Program-made: the position numbers and the translations under genes
Notes under the pieces: model-generated
What the model saw: the letters and a program-made list of their open reading frames with translations, nothing else
The model's database searches: none
Told to the model about the DNA's origin: nothing
Part shown: positions 14,301 through 23,959 of the stretch, in pieces
Numbering within the stretch: the first letter of the stretch is position 1
Layout: every line of letters starts with the position of its first letter
DNA from: Ruditapes philippinarum
Lineage: Eukaryota
Assembly: GCF_026571515.1 (NCBI RefSeq)
Contig: NW_026856878.1
Location: 186,001-250,000 of the forward strand
Length of the DNA stretch: 64,000 nucleotides
Direction of reading: 5' to 3'

Positions 14301-14741
14301 ATGATACTGCATGTTTGTTTTGTAGCTTTTCATTGGATAATCATGACGTTTATTTAGTTTTGGATACATGGCTGCTGTCAATTTATGAAGAAATCTTTTT
14401 TTTTCTTAAAAAGTGAAATTTGTTGTTTTATTAATTCATTATAAAGATTCCTGCCATCATTTATGGCTGTATTCAAATGGTTGTGTGCAATATTACCCTT
14501 GTCTTGCAGCTCAGGTTATATATATACAAACGACGATTTATTTAAAGCCATATAAGCTGTTAATAATGTATATATCTAATATTGTACTTTTTTTTCTTAA
14601 CCACCTTAATTTATTACTGAATTGTGAATATTTTCATTTGTTTTTAACAAAATAAGCATTACTAAATTTGAAGAGTTTTATATTGTCTTTGTACTTTTGT
14701 TTCAGAAACAGGGATCTAAAAGTAGCTCAACCCAAGCATGA
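2166..14741 (+). CDS. SLC26/SulP family anion transporter (prestin/pendrin-like), paralogue 1; 5' exons lie upstream of the window
   Basis: Phase-consistent GT-AG exons: 2166-2327, 4159-4241, 4845-4992, 5827-5940, 7010-7087, 8033-8128, 9191-9297, 10079-10148, 10618-10782, 11260-11463, 12099-12153, 12560-12687, then probably 13918-14022 and 14706-14741. SLC26 motifs [62 protein letters not shown]; STAS-domain motifs IIFDCSPWSFVDSMG and IYVSLHDAV. The last two exons are less certain. Confidence 0.93.
2661..3836 (+). mobile_element. Non-autonomous Helentron/Helitron-like element with ~180-bp internal tandem repeats
   Basis: 5' (gtct/gtcc)n microsatellite; about 5 copies of an aaaggtcaaggtcac-containing unit; 3' hairpin gtcac-ttgg-gtgac followed by agctcttgtt. 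Confidence 0.75.
4159..4241 (+). CDS. SLC26 paralogue 1 exon (VVLGTVVSY...SDIPTG)
   Basis: tacag acceptor, gtaac donor, 83 nt. Confidence 0.92.
4845..4992 (+). CDS. SLC26 paralogue 1 exon (LPVPN...KKHDYEVDANQ)
   Basis: ttcag acceptor, gtatt donor, 148 nt; conserved SLC26 motif. Confidence 0.93.
5060..5695. repeat. Intronic minisatellite, 51-bp unit, about 12 copies
   Basis: Unit gccaagatatattacaatgaggtacagtttggctgtactggcaaatggctt. Confidence 0.95.
5827..5940 (+). CDS. SLC26 paralogue 1 exon, TM9-TM10 anion-site region (ELMAYG...SLSRSLVQERVGGKTQ)
   Basis: taag acceptor, gttagt donor, 114 nt. Confidence 0.93.
6028..6222 (+). mobile_element. tRNA-derived SINE copy
   Basis: A-box-like tggcctagtggttaa and B-box-like ggtttgagcc; body similar to the fragment at ~860-1000. 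Confidence 0.65.
7010..7087 (+). CDS. SLC26 paralogue 1 exon (VAGLVSCC...GPYFRTLPN)
   Basis: ttcag acceptor, gtatgt donor, 78 nt. Confidence 0.92.
8033..8128 (+). CDS. SLC26 paralogue 1 exon (SVLASIIIVALRGMF...IDF)
   Basis: tacag acceptor, gtaagt donor, 96 nt. Confidence 0.92.
8245..8480. repeat. Dispersed ~240-bp repeat with three copies in paralogue 1 introns (also ~7150-7390 and ~14340-14565)
   Basis: Shared ggctgctgtcaatttatgaagaaat ... ggccatataa blocks. Confidence 0.7.
8505..8750 (+). mobile_element. Degenerate tRNA-derived SINE
   Basis: ggctgattggttaaggtc head and tgaggaag...atccag...tagcttat core, shared with 11750-12015. Confidence 0.55.
9191..9297 (+). CDS. SLC26 paralogue 1 exon (FVWIVAF...LLDVDLGL...RSQ)
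   Basis: atag acceptor, gtatag donor, 107 nt. Confidence 0.9.
9360..9572. mobile_element. Short dispersed MITE-like element (ttaacc...ggttaa ends); related copies at ~1580-1806, ~7395-7602 (reverse), ~13470-13640 and ~32540-32725 (reverse)
   Basis: Shared core gagcctggtcagactg...gctggcctggc.ctatactggtggcaaag; short terminal inverted repeats. Confidence 0.6.
10079..10148 (+). CDS. SLC26 paralogue 1 exon, STAS start (PYACLLGQMPGTDIY...)
   Basis: tacag acceptor, gtata donor, 70 nt. Confidence 0.92.
10618..10782 (+). CDS. SLC26 paralogue 1 STAS exon (AREIDGLKIFRFEQSLFFVN...)
   Basis: ttcag acceptor, gtata donor, 165 nt. Confidence 0.92.
11260..11463 (+). CDS. SLC26 paralogue 1 STAS exon (IVS loop and IIFDCSPWSFVDSMG)
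   Basis: ttcag acceptor, gtaagt donor, 204 nt. Confidence 0.9.
11750..12015 (+). mobile_element. Degenerate tRNA-derived SINE
   Basis: ggcagagtggtcaaggtc A-box and gggtttgagtc B-box; core shared with 8505-8750. Confidence 0.6.
12099..12153 (+). CDS. SLC26 paralogue 1 STAS exon (IIGEYKAVGVKVILANCK)
   Basis: tacag acceptor, gtaag donor, 55 nt. Confidence 0.92.
12560..12687 (+). CDS. SLC26 paralogue 1 STAS-end exon (GIREMFEK...LHDAV...TSQ)
   Basis: tgcag acceptor, CAG|gtgtgt donor, 128 nt. Confidence 0.9.
13918..14022 (+). CDS. Probable acidic C-terminal tail exon of paralogue 1 (EDAASEHG...DDESVKGRR)
   Basis: tgtag acceptor, gtatga donor, phase 0, open and coding-like; reading through the donor would give ...RRV*. 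Confidence 0.6.
14706..14741 (+). CDS. Probable last coding exon of paralogue 1 (KQGSKSSSTQA*)
   Basis: Strong polypyrimidine tract ending tttcag; phase 0 to TGA. Confidence 0.5.
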   Translation, partial: KQGSKSSSTQA

Positions 14742-15599
14742 TCAGCTGTAATATATGAGTATGTACAGGAGGCAGTGTCACTTAACCAGTGGGAATTATA
14801 AACCAGCTGAATGTATCAAAAATTAATGTATCTTAAAGTTGAACTTTACACCTTATATAATACAGGGGAAGTAATTCATAAACCAGCTGATTGTATCAAA
14901 TTGTAGCTTAAAGTTGAATCTTACACCTTATAATACAGGGGAAGTAATTCATTTAACATTTGTGTTTGCAAGTTATTAGTGGAATAAGAACTATTGATGA
15001 CATAGGAATATATGGACATATGGCTTAAGGAAATTTATTGCAGCTAAATATTGTAATGTTTACTTGACAGAATATATAAGTATTGTAGGAGGAAATTAAA
15101 CATGTTTGAATAAATCATCATATTTCTGATACCTTATGAATGAACATGGAGAAGTTATTCACATCTAAACATATCAACTCATTGTTGGCAAAGATATTAG
15201 ATATGATGGCGATGTGTCATATAGTACTAATTTGATGAATGGCATAAACTTTGCTGCTGAACATTTATTTGTTACTATGGTAATATTGTTTCTAGGTAGG
15301 TTGAGTTACTGTGTTTTAAAAGTGTTTACAAAAGTATAGTGCAAATAAGCATTTGTTAGATACTACTATTACAAGCATTGCCTTCTTTGATCAGAACAAT
15401 AGTTTTGCATATCCTTATTATACATTATTATACATGTAGATGAGTATTTTTAAACAGTAGTCAAGAAAGAAAAAGTGACCCAAATAATGGGTGTGACCTA
15501 TTTTGTGTGAAGGCATTACAACCAGAATATATTAAGAGTGCATGATCTCATTATGTTTAGTTTAGTTGTGTGATTATTTGTTCTTTACCAGTATATTTA

Positions 15600-16200
15600 T
15601 GATAACTACAGTATATTTGCGAGGACTTCAGTAAACATGTGAGTACTACACCTATATTGATGTGAATACTACAGTATATTTGTGAGTGCTACAGTATATT
15701 TGTAAGTGCTACAGTATATTTGTGAGTGCTACAGTATATTAAATTTTGTAAGTTCTACAGTATATTTGTAAGTGCTACAGTATATTTGTAAGTTCTACAG
15801 TATATTTGTAAGTGCTACAGTATATTTGTGAGTGCTACAGTATATTTGCGAGTGCTACAGTATATTTGTGAGTGCTACAGTATATTTGTGAGTGCTACAG
15901 TATATTTGTAAGTTCTACAGTATATTTGTGAGTGCTACAGTATATTTGTGAGTACAACATTATATTTATGATTGCTACAGTATGTAATTATTTATGAGTA
16001 GAGTAAATGTGAGTACAACACTATATTTTTAAGTACTACAGTGTGAATGTGTGATTACTACACCGGTATTTATATGAGTACTTCAGTGTATATGTGTGTA
16101 TTACGTATATTTGTTAGTAATACACCAGTATATTTCTGTGTTCTACAGTATTTTTGTGGGGACTACAGTATGTTTGTGTGTACTACATGTACAGTAGATT
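15600..16200. repeat. 20-bp minisatellite (tacagtatatttgtgagtgc)n with decaying flanks
   Basis: Direct tandem copies. Confidence 0.93.
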
Positions 16201-16439
16201 TGTGTTTCCGTGTATTTGTATAGTTAATCAGATTGTTGATGAATGTAAACATATGTACACAACATTCGAAGCACACATGGAGAAATTAATCAGGGATATA
16301 TAATGTGTGTTTGCTGTCATTTGATTTTAAACTGTTGTTCCAATTCATTAAGGTAATACAGTTTTGGGCTGAATGCATTGATTCTTTTAACCCATATAAC
16401 TTACATGGTTTTATAGAGTACATTGTTTTAAGGAGGTTT

Positions 16440-17265
16440 AAGTACTAAAGCTTTTGTTGAAGATCATTACTTCTAGAATTGCTAAATTGTTTGATATTTC
16501 ACTGATTTAACAAATAACAAGTCCTAAAGCTTTCTTCTTTATAAAAGTGCAAAATTGTTTGATATTTCACTGATTTAACAAAGTTCAAGTCCTAAAGCTT
16601 TCTTCTTTATAAAATTGCTAAATTGTTTGATATTTCACTGATTTAACAAAGTTCAAGTACTAAAGCTTTCTTCTTTATAAAATTGCTAAATTGTTTGATA
16701 TTTCACTGATTTAACAAAGTTCAAGTCCTAAAGCTTTCTTCTTTATAAAATTGCTAAATTGTTTGATATTTCACTGATTTAACAAAGTTCAAGTCCTAAA
16801 GCTTTCTTCTTTATAAAATTGCTAAATTGTTTGATATTTCATTGATTTAACAAAGTTCAAGTACTAAAGCTTTTTTCTTTATAAAATTGCTAAATTGTTT
16901 GATATTTCACTGATTTAACAAAGTTCAAGTCCTAAAGCTTTCTTCTTTATAAAATTGCTAAATTGTTTGATATTTCACTGATTTAACAAAGTTCAAGTCC
17001 TAAAGCTTTCTTCTTTATAAAATTGCTAAATTGTTTGATATTTCACTGATTTAACAAAGTTCAAGTCCTAAAGCTTTCTTCTTTATAAAATTGCTAAATT
17101 GTTTGATATTTCACTGATTTAACAAAGTTCAAGTCCTAAAGCTTTCTTCTTTATAAAATTGCTAAATTGTTTGATATTTCACTGATTTAACAAATAACAA
17201 GTCCTAAAGCTTTCTTCTTTATAAAATTGCAAAATTGTTTGCTTTAACAATGATTTAAGAAAGTT
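16440..17265. repeat. 68-bp minisatellite, about 11 near-identical copies
   Basis: Unit tttcactgatttaacaaagttcaagtcctaaagctttcttctttataaaattgctaaattgtttgata. Confidence 0.95.
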
Positions 17266-19057
17266 GATTTGTTATAAAATATTTGTTTAAAATTGCTTAT
17301 TTGCTTTCATAAGTTGAACAAGGTTTGAATACTATTGCTGTTCACAGAAAGATGTTTCTCTTCACTGAATTATTTCTCTACAGTTACTTTTGTAGTGAAG
17401 TACATGTATGTTTTACTAATTAAAAATAAAAAATGAAGTTTTTTTAAATATTTACAAGTCAGTGGTCTTTATAGTTAAATTGTTTAAATTATTGTTTTAA
17501 CTTATTTATTCAAGCAATATTTTTGTTGCTACTTTTAGGCAATGCCATTTCCTTAATTTATGCCGTTACTAGATGTTACTATTTATGTTGTTTAACTATT
17601 TGATGTGTCAAGGATAAGTGTCATTTTATGAGATTCTAACATTCAAATAGCTTTTATATGAAAATGTATTTTATTACATTTTATTACATCTACAATAGTT
17701 TTACCAACTTTAATTAATGTTGTATGCTTCAGAGATGATCTCAAAAGAATTATCTATTTTTGATTCATGAAAAGAAGGAATTTTTAAGGAAAATAGAAAG
17801 AAGAAATGCTGTAACCTCTGCACTGGTGATTGTATATTTTATAATTGTGTTTTGTCCTTGTTATAAAAAATTATTGTGACCTTTCAAGATAAGCTCTAGG
17901 AAACTAAACTAGAAATAAGTTTCTATGTAAGAGATTTCCCCCTACATAATCAAAATAACTTGATTGATATATTTTTCTATCTCTTCTTTTGAAGCAAGAA
18001 TTTGAACTTATTTGAAAGTTATATACAGTCATTTTGATAAAAAGGCATTGTAGAATTCAGAAAGTTTTGAGAGTTTTACAAAACAAATGTGCTGTATGGT
18101 TGTTTGGGTGGTAGACCACTGTATCTAACCACTAAATTCACTTGCAGATACAACTGCCTTGCCCTGAGGTAACTATTTGGAAATTACCTTTTCGTTTAGG
18201 ATTCCTCTTAGTTTAATGTGCCATATAAAATAAACTATTGTTAATCAAATTAGCAACAAATGATATTATTACTGTAGATTTTATAGTTAACCGTTGTTCT
18301 AGAAGTAGATATTAAATGTAAAGAACAAAGATTTAGCTCTAAATTTTTTATTGGGATGATATCCATCCAGTGTTTTAATGATTTGATGACATTTTACCTG
18401 ACAGTGGGGGTTGGTGTTGCCTTAAAAACATAAAATATAATGCAGCACAGAGTGGCTTTCAGCCTGTTCAGTTAGAATGTACCATGACTGACCAAAAATG
18501 CAACAAAACAAAGATGTGAATTAAGGTGAATTAACACAAAAGAGGCAGTTGATAGAAGTTGATTATTCTATTTTCCTATATTTTTTAAAATGTCTTGATC
18601 ATTTTAGATCTATTCTTGACGTTTTAAGTCGTTTTAGAGAACTTAATATTATTTAATATTTGTGTATACGTAATATTTGTTCTTATGATGATACTCATAT
18701 TTTAGCCCATAATTTAGAAATTGTTTCATAAATTGACCATTGAAACAAAATATAACCTTTGAAGAATGTACATGAACCTTAGTTTTTTACTGTATTTAGT
18801 TTACTTATATTCTAGTGAATCATGTAGTTATACAGTTTTAGTTTTTGAAAAGAAGCCCAGGAGTTTGTATATTGTCATTATGCTTTTCTTTCTCATTTTT
18901 TTGCTTGAACGGAAAACTCTTGTTGTCTAAGCAATAAGATGGTTTGCAATTTTTTAGATAATTGATTTATCAAAGGTAATTTAAAGATTTTAATATGATA
19001 GGATGTTGAACAACAAAAGGTACAAAGCTAAAGTTGCATACCCAAGTATTCTTACAA

Positions 19058-19295
19058 ATGAGCCGCACCAAGACAAACCCTACATAATGGGTTTGCGACC
19101 AGCATAGATCCAGACCAGCCTGCGCATCCGCACAGTCTGATCAGGATCCATGCTGTTTGCTAACAGTTTCTCTATTTGTTATAGGGTTTGTAAACGAACA
19201 GCATGCATTCTGATCAGACTGTGTGGAAGCACAGGCTGGTCTGGATCCATGCTGGTCGCAAACCCATTATGTTGGTTTTGTCATGGCACGGCTCA
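19058..19295. mobile_element. Palindromic MITE (~238 bp), copy 1
   Basis: Arms of about 100 bp (tgagccgc...gtttgcgaccagcat / atgctggtcgcaaac...cggctca) form a long hairpin. Confidence 0.88.
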
Positions 19296-20506
19296 AATAT
19301 ATTTACACATGTTTATTATTTTTTATTGTTTTATGTAATGTTATGTATATATAGTGAACATGTCATCAACTGTAAATCAAAGCTCTATTTAGAACCACAG
19401 AAATATGTAAGTTTTATAGCACTTTTGGACATGTTTATTGTTACAGATTTTAAAGTGTTTTATACCAACTTCTTGTCTTACTTGTTTTTTTTCAAAACCT
19501 TACTCTTGTTAAACCGGGTATATTCAGTAACGCACGAGTGTGAAAATAACCCAAGAATTGTGCAAAGAAAGGCCAAATCTGTGCAAAGCTACGGCCAAAA
19601 CGAGTAACATCGTAAGTTTTAAAAAATGAACACACTCCTACGGCTGCTAAGACATTCTGTTCATTACAAGTCACAAATATTACCAGGAGTATGTTTACCT
19701 TCTATGATCATTCGTGACATATTCTTAAGAATATTGACGATTCTTGGCCTCAAGTTTATCAAATACAGTTTTATGAGCTAAACTCAATTCATCTGTGAAG
19801 AATGATATAGAATGGAATCAAGCCCCACGTTGACTAAAACTACCCTAAACAAAATAAAATGATTCTTTCTATATCACTATGAATTTTAATGTAATTTATA
19901 TTTCCCGGTTTGGGGTATTCTCATTATTATACACAATTGGAAAAGAAACCACTTTTTTGCCTAAAGATTCATTACAAAAATTCGGCTGTGAAAAATTGGA
20001 AAGAATGCCTTTGCATGTCGGCCATGCAAATGGAATACATGTATCAGGTGCCAGTCCAAATTGCATAATATTATCAATCAGTCAAGCCCGTCTTGAAAGA
20101 TATGATCATTAATTGTAGCAACAACTCGTTAGTTTTTCTATATTGTGCATATAATGGTCTCATTGGCCTCCCGTGCATCAAATAGTAAACATCACAAAAA
20201 ATAGACCTGCATACCTATGTAATATCATTCAGTAAATCAATGAATTCAAAATTTATAGGTCTCCTTTTGGTAGATAATAACTTTTAAGGACATGGATGGT
20301 GACATGTCCGGGTCCGTACTCTTAGTGTCTGAATGGACTCTAATTATGCATAGAATACTTAAATACATAGACTTGAAACTTAACATACCATTTATGAACT
20401 TGCAAAATATCTGGTTAAGGTTTTACATGCAAATACTGTCTCAGTAATCGCTTGAAACTTAACACATTTCTGTAGGGTTGTCATTGTATGTCACTGATTT
20501 AGATAT

Positions 20507-20745
20507 ATGAGCCGCGCCATGACTAAACCAACGTAATGCATTTGCGACCAACATGGATCCAGACCAGCCTGCGCATCCGCGCAGTGTGATCAGGATCCAT
20601 GCTGTTAGCTATCAGTTTCTGTACTTGTTATAGGGTTTTTAAGCGAACAGCATTGATCCTGATCAGACTGCGCGGATGCGCAAGCTGGTCTGGATCCATG
20701 CTGGTCGCAAACGCATTACGTTAGTTTTGTCATGGCGAGGCTCAT
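20507..20745. mobile_element. Palindromic MITE (~238 bp), copy 2
   Basis: Same family and orientation as 19058-19295; AT-flanked. Confidence 0.9.
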
Positions 20746-21372
20746 ATAGTTCCGAAATTGTATTGAATTAATTTTCTTATGACTCGCGGATAGACAAGCA
20801 GGTTATAGCCTTAATTAATAAATTTACATTGATTTTTTTTTCAAAACATTTGACCTTTTTCCTTTGCCGCAGATTATCTAACTAAAGTTTAAGCTCAGTG
20901 TTCAGGCAAATATATGATGAAGTTATGAATTACACAGAAACAGAACACATTTAGTTTGGACACAAAGGTTTTCAAGTTGTAGCTGTTATTTGATTACTAA
21001 TATTCTCGCTATTTAAGTCGAACATTTAGCAATTTAAAATGTCTCGCAAATAATTTATTATGGATTTTGAGGTTCTCATTTAACTTGGCATAAAATGTTT
21101 GATTCTATGAGTCGGCATCAACAGAAACAAATTGGTTACATAAGTTCAAAATTTAGCAATCTGATTATTGCTTGGATTGTATCTTTCTCATGCATTTTTA
21201 TATATATTTTTTATTACAAACATTAACCTATTCAGACATATGTTTGCTATGATAATGCAGTGTGTTTCATTATAAGCTCAAGGTCTTTCTGAGAGGTCAA
21301 ATGTTAAAATGAGTAATATTCCAGATTCTCTATACTTTACTTTAAAAGGAACAATTTTGGTAGATCTAGTTT

Positions 21373-22878
21373 AAACAAGAGGGCCAAGATGGCCCTAGAT
21401 CGCTCACCTGACCCGTCAAACTCATCCGAACAATTACCTAGACAAGCGTTCTGACCAAGTTTCATGACAGGTGTGTCAAAAATGTGACCACTAGTGTTAA
21501 CAAGGATTATCCATATTTGAGCAGTGTGACCTAGTTTTTGACCCAAGGTGACCCATATTCGAGCTTGACATTCGAGCAATTACCTAGACAAGCATCCTGA
21601 CCAAGTTTGATGATAATTGAGTAAAAAATGTGACACTAGAGTGTTCACAAGGTTTTTCTATTTTAAGCTCATGTGACGTAGTTTTCCATCCGAGATAAAT
21701 CATGTTCAAACTTATCCAAGCATCGACTAGACAAGCATTCTGACAAAGTTTGATGATGATTGGGTCAAAAATGTGACCACTAGACTGTTCGCAAGGTTTT
21801 TCTATTTTTAGCTCCTGTGACCTAGTTTTCCACCCGAGATGACCCATGTTCGAACTCATCCAAACAATTGACTAAACAAGCATCCTGACAAGGTTTCTTA
21901 ATAATTGGGTCAAAAATGTGACCACTAGAGTGTTCACAAGGTTTTTCTATTTATAGCTTCTGTGACCTAGTTTTTCATCGGAGATAAACCATGTGCAAAC
22001 TCATCAAAGCAATTATCTAAACAAGCATCCTGACAAAGTTTGATCATGATTAGGTAAAAAATGTGACCACTAGAGTGTTCAAAAGGTTTTTCTATTTTTA
22101 GCTCCTGTGACCTAGTTTTTCATCAGAGATGACCCATATTCAAACTCATCTGAGCAATTGACTAGAAAAGCATCCACACTTAGTTTGATGATGATTGGGT
22201 AAAAAATGTGACCACTAGTGTTCACAAGGTTTTTCTATTTATAGCTCCTGTGACCTAGTTTTTCATCAGAGATGACCCATATTCGAACTCATCTGCGCAA
22301 TTATCTAAACAAGCATCCTGACAAAGTTTGATGATGATTGGGTCAAAAATGTGACCACTAGAGTGTTCACAAGGTTTTTCTATTTTTAGCTCCTGTGACC
22401 TAGTTTTTCATCAGAGATGACCCATGTTCGAACTCATCCAAGCAATTGACTAGACAAGCATTCTGACCAAGTTTGATGATGATTGGTTCAAAAATGTGAC
22501 CACTAGAGTGTTCACAAGGTTTTTCTATTTATAGCTCCTGTGACCTAGATTTTCATCGGAGATGACCCATGTTCGAACTCATCCAAGCAATAATCTAAAC
22601 AAGCATTCTGACAAAGGTTGATGATGATTGGGTCAAAAATGTGACCACTAGAGTGTTCACAAGGTTTTTCTATTTTTAGCTCCTTTGACCTAGTTTTCCA
22701 TCCGAAATGACCCAGTTTCGAACTCATCCGAGCAATTGACTAAACAAGCATCCTGACAAAGTTTGATGATGATTGAGTCATAAGTGTGACCACTAGTGTG
22801 TTCACAAGCAATTGTGGACGTACGACGGACGACGGACATTCACCGATCCTAATAGCTCACCCTGAGCAAGCTCAGGTA
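21373..22878 (-). mobile_element. Non-autonomous Helentron-like element carrying about 10 x 145-bp tandem repeats
   Basis: On the minus strand: 5' acctgagcttgctcagggtgagc hairpin and (cgtc)n, 145-bp periodicity (atgtgacc at 21771, 21916, 22061, 22206...), 3' caggtgagcga then a gggcca-tct-tggccc hairpin and tcttgttt. Confidence 0.85.
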
Positions 22879-23793
22879 CCAACCGACAAAATACAACAAC
22901 ATTATAGACTGAACAGTGTGCCGTTAGCGTAATGAAGCGTAATGAAAATATCGGCTGTTCTGCTCGTTTGCCTTGTCAATAATGATTAAATTATCATAAA
23001 ATAATAAAAATTGACAAACAAGAACAAAATTACTATACCGTACCCCTTTAATAGGTATAAATTATAGATACTGTATATGCATGTATTCAGTAAAACGACT
23101 GCTGGATAGTAATTTTGTACTTGATAATTGAATCATCATTGTTTTATAACTTTTTCATTATTGGTAAGGCAAATAAGTTTAATGTCTGTTAAATTATATT
23201 TACTATACTGTTGAATTTCATCTGCTCTTATATAAATAAAGGATATCACACGTTGAACCTTTTCCAGACAAGAGATGTTATTGCATGAGTATTGCACCTA
23301 ACCAGTTTTTTACTCATTTCTCACGACTGCCACATTTATTTGATTATTTATAAGGGTATTTATATTCTTCTATTGTAACGAGTTTTCATTAAATAGATTT
23401 AGGATCACGCCCGAAATCAAAAATATTCGACTGCTTTAGAATTAATTAACAAGGAAAGGAATGTTGATGAATCTAAATGTGAGATATAAAAATTTCAATC
23501 ACTCATTTACACAATGAATAAACAGTAAAAAGTTTCGTTTCAAAACGAATCTGGAACAAAGATCTACGTGTTTGAAATCATTAACGTGTTGGGAACGGTT
23601 CTTGCGTAATAGTGACAATGTTCCAGATTTTAAATTATAGTCATACTTCGTTAGGAAACATATTTGCAGAACATATTTTAATTTGACTAAGCTTAATGAT
23701 AAAACATTAATGAGTTTTTATCAATTAGTGACTTTACGATCAGAGTTTAATTAACTCTCCTCAAAACTGAACCTGTCGAATAATTTAAAAACG

Positions 23794-23959
23794 ATGGATA
23801 ATTCAGGATATCAAAGTGACACTTTAAACACAGTAAATGGAGCTGAACAATTTATAAATGATACTTCAAACACACCAACCGGCAACTCGTCTAAATGGAA
23901 GAGCAAGTTTGTGAAAGAAGATCACATAGTTGGTCCTGTAGAGGCTGTTAAAAATACAG
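23794..23959 (+). CDS. SLC26 paralogue 2 exon 1 (MDNSGYQSD...)
   Basis: ATG in good context; CAG|gtact phase-1 donor matches the next exon. Confidence 0.75.

Noticed and set aside
16440-17265. CRISPR-like array (the 35-bp, 51-bp and 21-bp arrays were also considered)
   Set aside because: Head-to-tail repeats with no unique spacers and no cas genes, in a eukaryotic context.
21337-22727. Short minus-strand ORFs with repeated KIEKPCEHSSGH
   Set aside because: Translations of the 145-bp tandem repeat.
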